A stretch of DNA of 64,000 bases from Bigelowiella natans CCMP2755 (Eukaryota; Protista; Cercozoa), in the NCBI GenBank assembly GCA_000320545.1, contig ADNK01000452.1, forward strand, positions 1 to 64,000, read 5' to 3'. The notes beneath the pieces were generated by a model. The model saw only the letters and a list, made by a program, of their open reading frames with translations. It was not told the origin of the DNA and did no database searches. Numbering within the stretch: the first letter of the stretch is position 1; every line of letters starts with the position of its first letter. Positions 28,116 through 39,433 of this stretch are shown piece by piece. The position numbers and the translations under genes are program-made.

Positions 28116-28180
<65 letters not shown>

Positions 28181-28927
28181 CTTCTTCTTCTCCTTCTACT
28201 ATTACTACTCCTGCAGCTGCTGCCACACCACATTTACTTGTCATTTTTGCTCCTACCTTGTTTCTACCAGCAGTACCAACGTAGGACGGGTCTTTTAGAT
28301 CGAAGGTTATCTCTTTAAAGTGACTGTTGCTATGTATGTCGCCAATGGCGGCGCCGTCAGCAAACCGCATCCCGGGAAGAATGTCCAACGCAGCTGAGCG
28401 TTCTTTACGGCTGCCACCATTGTTTCCTTCTGCACCATTTTCGCCATTATAGTCGTAGTAATCCTCGTTAATCACCCCCCCCTCCCCCCCTCTCAGCTGA
28501 AGAATCTGAGCTGTTGCCCCTGCTGTCTGTGGCGCCTTCCCCACAACCCTTCTTCCATGCGGGACCAAGATGTCCGCATTAAATTTCCCTCGACTGTAAG
28601 AAGCTGATGATGCTACTGAGCTTACTGCTGGTTCCTCAAAAGGGGACATCCTGGAGAAATACAGAAGAAGGGGTCAATTTGACCCGTTCTCGATCGGGCG
28701 TGTACCAAGGCATACGCTTCCACACTAATCAAGCACACACAATCGCGCATCTACGGGCAACGGCAATGACAGGGCCACGACCTGAACGGAGACGTATCTC
28801 TGCCAGGGGGGTTATAATTTCGTCTATGAAGAAAGCATCCCTTCCCATAGTCGCCTCCAGAAGTTCCTGAGGCTCCCACAACCGCAGAGAGGGCAACCAT
28901 GAGCCCTGGTAGCCCTCCATGAAGCAT
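18743..28927 (-). CDS. large multidomain protein: PDZ - poly-Ser/basic - 2x CUE-like - EF-hand - NHL/beta-propeller (possibly two genes)
   Basis: PDZ: YKLGLGYGEDGKISSVSPGSLSEKLGVRPGWTMVRID..ALKAVGKPFRVLF (~27450-27900). CUE-like: KLQDQLKNVPLEVIRLALGRNRNNVQQTLFQL and QFDNLDADLIQLALRHAKNDSLTARELL (~23120-23530). EF loop DQDEDGKWGFED (~21810-21850). NHL: PLGITSDGQGNIFAID, PYGLAFDP, MPAGLAAHPSGIVYACDMRNHKIRKI. In-frame GT-AG intron 21184-21366 links the EF-hand part to the NHL part. Start codon and some middle exons uncertain. Confidence 0.62.
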
Positions 28928-29581
28928 TGCATATCTTGTGAACGACACTACCCAAGTGGACACGAAAGTATTAAGATATATTCCGCATAAAAAGTTATCC
29001 AATGTACGCAACAAAAGGAGCTATTGGTGTCGCACCTACGAGCTTTCCGGCTCAGCGGCTTTGGTAGTCTACGGGGTGATTTGTTGACGAAAAGACATCC
29101 AAGACCATCTCCTCGCCTTAAAAGCCGAGGAGGCCAAAAATATGTGCATGTATCTCGAGAGAATATCTGAAAGATTGATCCACCACATCTCCGGGGGACT
29201 CTCCGGAGATGACTCCACCAAAGAGCGGCGAACAAGGGCTGAAAACAAGGACAACTAGATCTAGATCTAACTCAGGTCTATGCACGTTTCATTTGCGACA
29301 AGGGATCAGTTTCGGAAGGAGGTTCAATACGGTAGAATTTACCTTAAATCTTTCACTGCGACAACACATCAGAACAATTTCTGTCAAAATGCTAGCGTCG
29401 AGATGCCGTTACGAGGCTGAGGGCTGATGATCCCTGCGCGATAGAGAGCACGCACACACGGCGTTTCGGCTCGTCCACGGTCGAACGAACGAATGAACCA
29501 CAGGCAGTCTCTGCGAGATCCCCGCTAGCTGAACGAAACCACTCAAAGCTTGTCGAGAGGGGACTGGGCCTGACACGAGCT

Positions 29582-30475
29582 ATGCCAACGCATGTGATCT
29601 ACATCAGTCAGACTCCGAGGGTTCCCAGGGTGATCTACAGCCGATATGTTAAACATTGCTTCGTCTTTCTATCTCTATGTTGTTATTTCGCGGGAAAAAC
29701 AGCTCCTCTGAGTTCCTTTTGCCCCACATTCTCGTCGGTAGGATATGAACACAGTTGTGACACCCCGTACGCAACAGTTGAAGGAGAAGAATTGGAGTAA
29801 TTTGTACCAGGTCATCATGCATCGTGCCGTTAATATATCTTCACAATTTCCTCCCCGACCGCAAAAACGGAAGAGGTGAAGATTCATCTCACACAGTTGA
29901 CATAATCTTCTTGATGTCGTTATCATCTCAGAATGACCTCCCCATGCGGGAATATCCTCGCCCAGTGAGCTCTCGCAAGTTCCTCGAGATATATAAATAT
30001 AAACCATCGTCACGGCACCGAAGAAACACTGTAATGACAAGCACCATGAAAAACATTGCAAGCACTCTGATTTTTACGCGTGTGCTTGACTGTGAGACTT
30101 ATGTATGTTTTTCCTGCCCATCCTCAATTCCCTCATCATGCTATTTCTGCCAGCTGATTCCGAAGATGGAAAGGAAAAAAGCGAAACAACATCCGCCATT
30201 TCGTCCCATAACCCCCTTCAAGCCAGTTAAACAGGATACGAGACCCCCGTGGAATAACACCGACACAAAGGTAATCAACATAATCGGCTTTCATTCATAT
30301 TCCAGAAAGCTACACACGCTCATACACTTAATCACTCACACTGGTTGTTGTATGGCCAATAGGCACATTCGAATAGAGATAGATGCTGGCAAACGAGAAT
30401 ATTTTTCGACGACCTGCCAAAGGTGGGTAACATGAATGTATCCATAAATGTTTACATGATGTATATGTTTATACG

Positions 30476-30506
<31 letters not shown>

Positions 30507-31340
30507 ATACATATAGAAACAACACAAGGTCTATCTCTACATAAATATTTTCCTTACTTTTATGTGCAAGCTTCATATGCCGCTTTCACCGCTTCTAATT
30601 TCATCATCTTCTTTCTTCTTTATTATCGTTATTTATCATCATAATCGATACCGCATACGCTTTAGATTTCTGTAACCAACTTTACACCTCGCCACCTACG
30701 CAATAGCAAAAAGGTACTACACTTTGAAATTGATCTCTAGATGATAGAGGTATATCGCAGAATTAGACAACACACTTATAAATTAATTCCAAATTGAAAT
30801 ACGCACACACACACACACTGAATATGTAAAAAGATTTAAAAAATCTCTGTTGAAGTTTCCCGATGTTTTCCTCATGCCTAATCAATGACAGGAGCTGCAG
30901 CCTCTTTTCGTAGAAGCTGGCCAAAAGAGGGAGTTATGTGGGCCATTTTCTTGTCCTGCTTTCAAGACGAAGGTTGTACGTCATGTATCAACATACAGCA
31001 CAACCCCCCCCCTCACCCCCCTCACACACACACACACACACACACACATATTTACAGTTATAGATCTACATTGTTTGCGTGTATTCTGTACATGCAATTG
31101 CAACCACTGCTATATCGACATGTGAGCCGAAAGATGTTACATGCGCAAGTATTCCACTTCTACTATATCTGATTGGTGTCTCATGCTCCCCTACTATTTT
31201 CCAGGACAAACATTTTTTTCAGAGCAGAGGAAACACCCATAGGGGCTCAGGTCGTGGTGATGTATCGGGAGACAAAAAAAGGGAGAAATATAAATCGAGA
31301 TCCTCAACTGCCCGTACCACGCACATGCTCTCCAACTAGT
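29582..31340 (+). CDS. hypothetical spliced gene, Pro/basic-rich, unknown function
   Basis: Exon-like pieces with GT/AG borders: LIPKMERKKAKQHPPFRPITPFKPVKQDTRPPWNNTDTK|gtaatc, MLANENIFRRPAK|gtggg, GAAASFRRSWPKEG. Followed by a CATG/TGCA-rich block like those after other genes. Start and full model not resolved. Confidence 0.33.
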
Positions 31341-31499
31341 AACAGCGTTAGCTTGCAATGTATTATTTGATTTGATTGGTTGTCTCATGACGATGTGAAT
31401 CGCGTTTCGACATGTAAGAGGACACAAAATGAAGGAAAAAGTGAAGAAAAATTTCTGTTTGTGTTTCGCGCTTTCATTCGTATGCGCACCAATCTCACT

Positions 31500-31960
31500 G
31501 CCACCATGAATTTTGTGCAAGCTTGTGCGCACTGCTCAAATTATGCATGAAACAATATAACAAGCAAGCTGGACATGGTGCATTTCTGCATTTGCGCATG
31601 TCCGCTGCATGCGAGTGCTGTCAGCGGTGCGTGCATGGCGACCTAGCTTGGTGCTTTGACAAATGCGTATAATGCGTATATGCGGAGCCGTGTAATGTGT
31701 GCGATGCGAACGCAGCGCGTGACGACATAATGACGCGTGGACGACATCGTTGACAAGTCATTACAATGTAATGCGAGCTGAAATGCGATCAACATCCACT
31801 GCATGGTTTGACATTGGCACGTCGTGTGCACACGTAGCTGATGACACGGATGGAATGAATTGATGAAATCTTTTCAATTGTCATCCTGATGTAGCTGTGC
31901 ACACGTAGCTTGTAGACATGTATCGCATGCTCTATCGATTGATTTCAACACGAGCTAGCC
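31500..31960. other. CATG/TGCA-rich block
   Basis: Many tgca, catg, cacgt, gctagc motifs after the 29.6-31.3 kb gene. Confidence 0.5.
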
Positions 31961-32589
31961 AGATAGAGGAAGAAATAGGTCAGATATTATAGACACAAAG
32001 TTTATACATTATATACATTATTTACATTAAATAAACCATGTCTCATATTCGCAATGAATAAAGGCGGGATTATCACTGGGGAAATCGGCGTGAAGGGAGC
32101 TTCTGATCACTGGGGATGAAGTAGGAATAAGTCGGGTCTCATGTCGGGAAGAGGGTGGGATAGAGGGATAGAGCGATCTGAGGGATTCGACATTAGAGAG
32201 GGGCCAGGTTTTTCTTTGAGAGGTCAACCGAGCGGCGACACACCACCTAATAAAATATCACTGACAGTTATCAGTGTTAACATAGGTCAATCAAAAGTTT
32301 AGTTTGAACAAAATACGAGGGCTAAATCTCATAGACATTGCACAATGAACGAGTGGGTTGGAGATGGCACACATTACATAAGAAAGATGTGTGATGGAAA
32401 AACAAATACTTCCATTCCAGTTTTTCAATTAAATTAGTTTAATACCCGTTCATTAAATTTCTATATAATCTTCTAGAACTTTAGATAAAACAACGTATAG
32501 ATTTTATTTATTTTATCAACGTCTACCCCCACTACCTCTCACAGACAAAAACAAACACATACAAAAATATTTGATTGATTTCCAGACTG

Positions 32590-32742
32590 AACAGCACAGG
32601 GGAGCAGATAGTAAGCCTTTCCCCGCTGTTAATCAGAATTTCAACCATAACGTTTGATTTACGGGCTGTAGAACGCTTAATGATGCATATGATAAACGCA
32701 TAAAGCTGCCTGATGAAACAACCCGATTTGCATACGTACGTA

Positions 32743-32773
<31 letters not shown>

Positions 32774-33300
32774 CTTATCATTTGTTACATTAGGAATACG
32801 AAGAATTTCCAGCTTGGTGTCGCATTGTTAGCTTGAGTGAGGGGTCGGATCTATCACCGGGAACGAGTGGGGAGAGAGAGAAGACGCATCGCTAGAAGAG
32901 GATTTGGATGATTCTCTTGGGACGGTGCATGAGTTGAAGGAGGGTTTATTACTACAGGGATGTGTAGTAGATAGATCTAGGGGACGCAAGGTGCGTGTGT
33001 TACGAGGCACTCCAGAGGACATTTTACAAAGCATGTCGTAGGTAAAAACTCGCATGGATTTTCTGCCTGCAAACGGCCATTTATGCAGGCGATTTGCTAG
33101 ATGATGGCGAAATGGAATGTGGTATTCCAGCGGTGTTTAGCATCAGAAAGAGAAATGGCCGAAGAAATAATATAGACCTAGATCTAGACATCGATGAGCA
33201 GGCTTCCGTTTCAAATTCAAAAAGCAAGGTATGCCCACGGGGTATTCACAGTAACATCCTGTTGTCGTTGTCTGAAAATGTCCTGGAATCCCGGTGAAAC
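32590..33300 (+). other. unresolved coding-like fragments (degenerate gene or mis-splice-able orphan)
   Basis: Open stretches (TLNDAYDKRIKLPDETTRFAY; EREDASLEEDLDDSLGTVHELKEGLLLQG; DLLDDGEMECG) with AAG|gtgcgt and AAG|gtatgc donors, but I could not join them in frame. Confidence 0.2.
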
Positions 33301-33946
33301 ATTTTCAAAAAAAAATTCGTTTCTCTCTGAGTGTTCCCTAATGCGACCGTTCCTTAATGCGCCCCAGACTCTACAGTACCTGTACTCGTAGGAAATTAGG
33401 AAAATCCTTAAGTCCGACATCTACTCAGGAAATAGGTCGTCTGTCGACGCATTTTAATCTTGCGACAAATCTTGAATTTAGATCTACACACCAGAAAAAT
33501 TATTCCCCGTTTCTACGAACGAGTAGTCTACAGAGGCGAGAAGGGCTTTTGTGTAATGTAACCGTCGGGAAACGGGTTAATCTCCCATCTATGCTGTCAA
33601 ATGATGTAAATTGGGCATGACGCAGACTCTGAATCCATCCAAAGCTTGGATCTATCCATCTAATCTTGGCCATATTGAAAATCCTATACGAGACCAAGGT
33701 AGGAAATCCTGAAATCCATCAAAATGTAATGACTTGCTGTAACATGGGCCAGATTGAGGGCATTTAAGAGCAATTGGACCATGTTCAAAAGGACTAGAAG
33801 CATTCAGTCGCCATTTTTTTGCTACGCAACCTGCTGCATCCTCCATCCTCCCTGAGACACATCCCTCTGATAAACGTCCTAAAAATGAGGGTGATACTTC
33901 CATAGGCTATTAAGCACGTAGTTGCTAGCCCAGGAGGAGTAGGTGC

Positions 33947-36900
33947 ATGAATCTCAGTATCTTCGTGCTACTTGCTCTTCTTTCTCATGTTGGAGGAAAT
34001 CGAGAAGTTATTCCTCACATTGATGAGAATACAAACCAGCAGCAAAGCGATGGCGTATTCAGTGAAGTTATAAAGTTGTTTTCTGCCCACACTCACTATC
34101 CGCATGGCCATACTCCCCACACCCATCGGCCGACATCCAAACCAAGTATGGCGCCCACCTCCACTTGCAATCCAACCACAGCGCCCTCTCACTCTCCAAC
34201 GACTCTGGCTCCAGTAAGAATGCATAGCGAGTTTCGACCTGGTTTATAATATTTCTCTACTCATTCTCACTTTTTTCTCTACTCATCCTACGACAGACGA
34301 CTCGAACCCCAACCACTCTCCATCCCACGCAGAGTCCTTCCACGCTAACTCCGACGACAGGGAACCCAACAATGACCCCTACCACCTCTTTCTCTCCAAC
34401 GACTCTGACCCCGGTAAGAATGCATAGCAAGTTTCAACTTGGTTGATAATATTTCTCTACTTATTCTCATTTTTCTCTACTTATCCCACAACAGACGACT
34501 GGAGTCCCAACCACTCTCAATCCCACTCAGAGTCCACTCACATATTCCCCATCGACTCTTGCTCCCTCCTCAACGCCAACGTCTTTGTCTCCCACCACAC
34601 TTGCTCCAAGTTGTAGTCCTACCACATCTGCCCCAAGTTGTAGCCCGTCGACCAGATCACCATCTCAGACACCCTCGACAGCTAGCCCTTCAACCGTAAC
34701 CCCAACCCAGACTCCCTCCACAGTCTCTCCTTCTCAAACACCAACGACGGCGTCCCCTGTCTCCATTGCTCCATCATGCACTCCAACCACTGGCACGCCA
34801 TCAACATCAGCTCCCTCCTCCACGCCGACGTCTCTATCTCCCACTTCACTAGCTCCGTCAACTTCCCCTACAACATCCTCGCCATCAAGTGTGCCTACGA
34901 CACAGGCGCCAACCTCACTGGCCCCGTCAACTTCCCCAAAAACGTCCTCGCCATCGAGTGTGAATCCGACACAGACGCCAACCTCACTGGCGCCGACAAA
35001 AAGCCCTGGAACTGGAGCACCAAGTTGTTCACCGACCTCCAATTCTCCTACTACCTCGCCCTCTACCACCTCGCCCTCTACCTGCGCGCCATCCTCCCTA
35101 GCTCCAACATCATGCAGCCCTTCTACCACCTCGCCCTCTACCTGCGCGCCATCCTCCCTAGCTCCAACATCATGCAGCCCTTCTACCACCTCGCCCTCTA
35201 CCTGCGCGCCATCCTCCCTAGCACCAACATCATGCAGCCCTTCATCACTCTCTCCGGTCACGCTCAGTCCAACTATTTCTCCAGTCACTCTCGCGCCAAC
35301 GACTTCACCTTCGAGCTGCAGCCCGGTTACCCGGTGTCCCACTTTCACGCGTAACCCAACTACAACGCATCCGTCTACCTCGCCCACAACGCTTTCTCCG
35401 TCGCACACATACTACAAATCTGTGGGAGGGCGTGAGTTTTACTACATATCGCACATGGCTCTCGACTTCTGGCAGGCGAATAGGTTCTGTTTCGGTGTGT
35501 ATCGGATGCAGCTGGCCAGTGTCCACAGCAACGCCGAAATGGATGCGCTAGCGGCAATTCGGGCAGGGGCACCGGACACTACAAACACCATGTAGCATCC
35601 TCACTCGTACACATACTTTCCAAAAACAGATATGCTCATGCGGCGTGCTGCTTTCCTCTCGTTCCATCCCTCCTCCCCACGCAACAGAACATATTCCTAA
35701 CGAGCTTTGTCTTTAGGCTTGGAGCGATGCGGCTGGAGTTGGTTAAACCCTGGGTGTGGTTGGATGGCTCTCGATGGGACTTCACACGATGGGAGGGGCA
35801 ACGTTTGGACAGTAGGAGTATAGTCTATACCCGCGGAAACCGAACGACCTGGACCAACGTATGAGAGTAGCAGTAACAATAACATAGTAGTAATAGTAGA
35901 TAGTAGCAGTAGTAGTAGTAGTAGTAGTAGTAGTAGATGTAGGGACGGTGATTTTATGGAGTAACGAATCGTTTACTGGAAGAACAAACAATATCTGTTG
36001 GCTGTGTCCCTGTGATCTAATACTTCCGGAGGTGTATATTCAATAGCTTTCTGTTCTTTCCCTTCCCACTTAATTTTCCGATTGAAATCTCCTCTCTCTT
36101 TCTACTTTCTGATTGGTCTGTCGTAATCGATACTCACTGTAGTCGGCGTCGAACCTCAAAGGAGGCTTCTTCTGCGCGACTCCAGCAACGCCACACCCGC
36201 GGTGTGGGACACGGTATGGTCAACAGGATAGATGAGCCAGTCACGGATCTCGGGCCGGGGGGGGGTTCGGGAGGAGGCGGGTTTAGGATTTTAATACGAC
36301 GAAAAATGGATACCTTCTTCTGATTTTTGCTAAGTAATATTTGAGAACTGTAATTTAACTTTCCTTAGCTATAAAATCTCCAGCGATGGGAGCACGTACT
36401 CAGGCAACGAAACAAGCTCGCAACTTTGCCAGTTCTCAGTTCCCGGGAACGTTGTAAGTAGATGCAACGTGCAAGCCTGGGCGTATCCATAGATACGTGA
36501 GAGCGAGAAGGAGTTGGTAGGGAAGGGGAAAGGACTTGCTCATATTGTGCAAGTAACAGTTTCAAGTCAGTCTTGATAGTAAATACCCAACATTATTTCT
36601 TGCTCGGGTTGACAAAAATCGACGAATATTTGAGTAGAAATTCTTCATAAACACTGACGTACCAAACATCCCTGAAATCTTTTTTCGTCACCCCTGCCCC
36701 AGATCGAGTTTTCTAGGCTGGAGTTGGCGCCTCAAAATAGCATTAAAGTGTACGAAGGTAATCAAAATGAGGTCTTGCTTTGCGCTTACACGTAACCAAC
36801 AAAAATACGAGGACTACACAAAATGTAACAAATTTGGAAGCTGTAGTTACTGACTCCATTCATGTTAACTACCTGTACTCCCGAAGATTTGTGTATGATC

Positions 36901-37843
36901 TAAGTTGAAATGCATGAACTCGGTGTGGTAGGCTGGGAGTTAATACTTACCATAGGAGCCACAGCTTCGCTGCCCCTCTCCTTATCCAGCAAGTAGTGTG
37001 ACTGCGTTTGTGTCGTTATCTACTCTTAATCAACCCTAGAATGGCAATGATGACGATGATGATGTTGGCGATGACGACGACGACGACGATGATGATGATG
37101 ATGATGATGATGAAGGAGAAATAAATTGGATAAGGCAAGGAAATAACATGCATGCAACGACATCGTAGGTACGGAGTTTTCACAATTATATTGCAAGGAA
37201 CAAGTAGCGGCACGGTGGAGTGGGAATTTTCGGTAAGGATGCCTGCTGCTAGAAGCGCGAAGCATATGCGTTGCACACACCGCATGGACACAGAGACCGA
37301 CGGCGCACCAAGTCATCACCACCGCGAATCATCATTGCCATATATTTGTTCGGTCAGACCCGCGAGCGTACATTCCACCCCACGCTTACGCCAGTGACGA
37401 GAACCCCTAGTACAGCCTCTCCAACCATATCTCCGAGGACAAGAAGCCCTACTATCACGCGAAACCCCACCAGATTAACACGTCGGCCAACGAAATACCC
37501 AACGAAATACCCGACCCGCTGGCCAACGAAATACCCGACGAAATACCCGACGAAATACCCGACGAAATACCCGACCCGCCAGCCAACGAAAAACCCGACG
37601 AAATACCCGACGAAATACCCGACGAAATACCCGACGCATTATCCGAGCCGCAGCCCAACATCCAAATCCCCGACCACTGCCCGTCCTTCAAAGTCACCCG
37701 CGACAGCGCATCCCGCGACAAGCGCCCCATCGCGGAGCCCGAGTAAGTATTAGCATTAGTAGTGGCTGGGTGGGAGAAGGCTGTGACAGGAGGCTAGTAG
37801 CGAGGTTCTGGTGTCGAATGTCTTTAACATCGTAAATATATTT

Positions 37844-37874
<31 letters not shown>

Positions 37875-38593
37875 GGTCAACCGAACTGTCTTCTATCTCT
37901 CCAGGCTTGTGTGTGATATGGTAGCTTTGAGCAGTACCCATATTTCTGATCATAGAGTGCATAAAATATGTTTCGCTCCCCGCTTAAGTGAGACTCACAT
38001 GCGGTCTTCCTATGATCCTGCATCCCTGACTCTATGCTATCATCGTCGTTCGATCAGGTACGTCTAGCCCGAGCTGCTCTCCCACAACATATTCGCCGAC
38101 GTCCCTCGCGCCGACGACATTGTCTCCGAGAACCACAGTCCCAACCATCACTTGCAACCCCACCACGCTAACACCAACACACTGTCCTCACGTGGACACG
38201 TCGGTGGTGGTGGTGGCCTGGGGTGATAGGAGCTACGGCGCAGCAATAGCACCGGAGACTGCAAATCGGCTCTCCCAAGGGATGGGTCCCGTGCAGATGT
38301 TCTCCGGCGCCATTGGATACGTCGCAGAACTGCAAAATGGGGATGTAGTCTCGTGGGGAGATCCTGGGCAGAGGGAAAATTGGAAGATGCCACCGTTTGC
38401 TGTGGCTGAGCTGAAAAGGACGGCTGGTGCTTCTGCCCGCGCCCTCCAAGAGGTCCATGGTAATGAACGAGGGTTCATAGGAGTCTCGCCTTCTAGAAAA
38501 GGTCGTAGTGGAAAGGCACGCTTGCTCTTGCTCATATTCACGGGAAAGTTCCACTTATTTTCTCTCTCGCTTTCATACTCCCTCTCTCTCTAA

Positions 38594-38634
<41 letters not shown>

Positions 38635-39373
38635 TATTTATTTATATCGAACGCTACCAATGCTAACTTTGTACTGTGTTTGCTCAGCCGTGTTCTGGGG
38701 TAATGCAACCGTGCTTGCTGATGTGCGCCGGGCTAATAATTTCTCTAGCGTGTTTTACAACGCCGCGACCGTGGCTGCTACTACTCGTGCATTTGTTGTG
38801 GTCACCAACACCTCGGGAACAAAAGTTTATGCCTTTGGCGACAAGGGCTTCGGCGGCGATCTTCCGAGTGCTGGCAGGGCGTTGATGGAGCGACTAGGTC
38901 AGTGCCGCGATTGTCAGCTAGCGTCTTCGAACAATAGTGCGCTCCGAGACTCCTGATGCTGCAGAGCTACCAATGTGTTTGGAGAAGCGAGCGCATACCG
39001 TTTAGAGAGAGAAGGGAAATCGAGAGAGAAAAACCTTTCTTATATGTGATCCAGCATCTCTCGGAGAAAGCATGCATGATCTGCGGGCTCATGAGTATGA
39101 TTGCATGGCCGTGGTGGCGTTTTGCTTTGCTGTGTCCTGCACACCTTTACATCCTTTTCACCTCTAGGTGTTCGCGAGATTGCAACCGTATCGCATGCGT
39201 TCGCCGCTCTTCTGAAAGACGGGACGGTCGTTTGTTGGGGCGCCAAACAACACGGAGGCGTAGTTCCCTTCGGCATCCTCACAGAACTTACGAGTGTAAC
39301 CAGTATTGTCGGCACGACAAGTGTGCTGGATGACCTGTTCGAAAGCTTCTCAGCACTTCGGAGCGACGGTGAA

Positions 39374-39433
<60 letters not shown>

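Noticed and set aside
34734-35408. Long antisense ORFs (VVGEVEG repeats; also 41892-42470, 40808-41446, 19946-20419)
   Set aside because: In-register antisense shadows of real coding exons and repeats.
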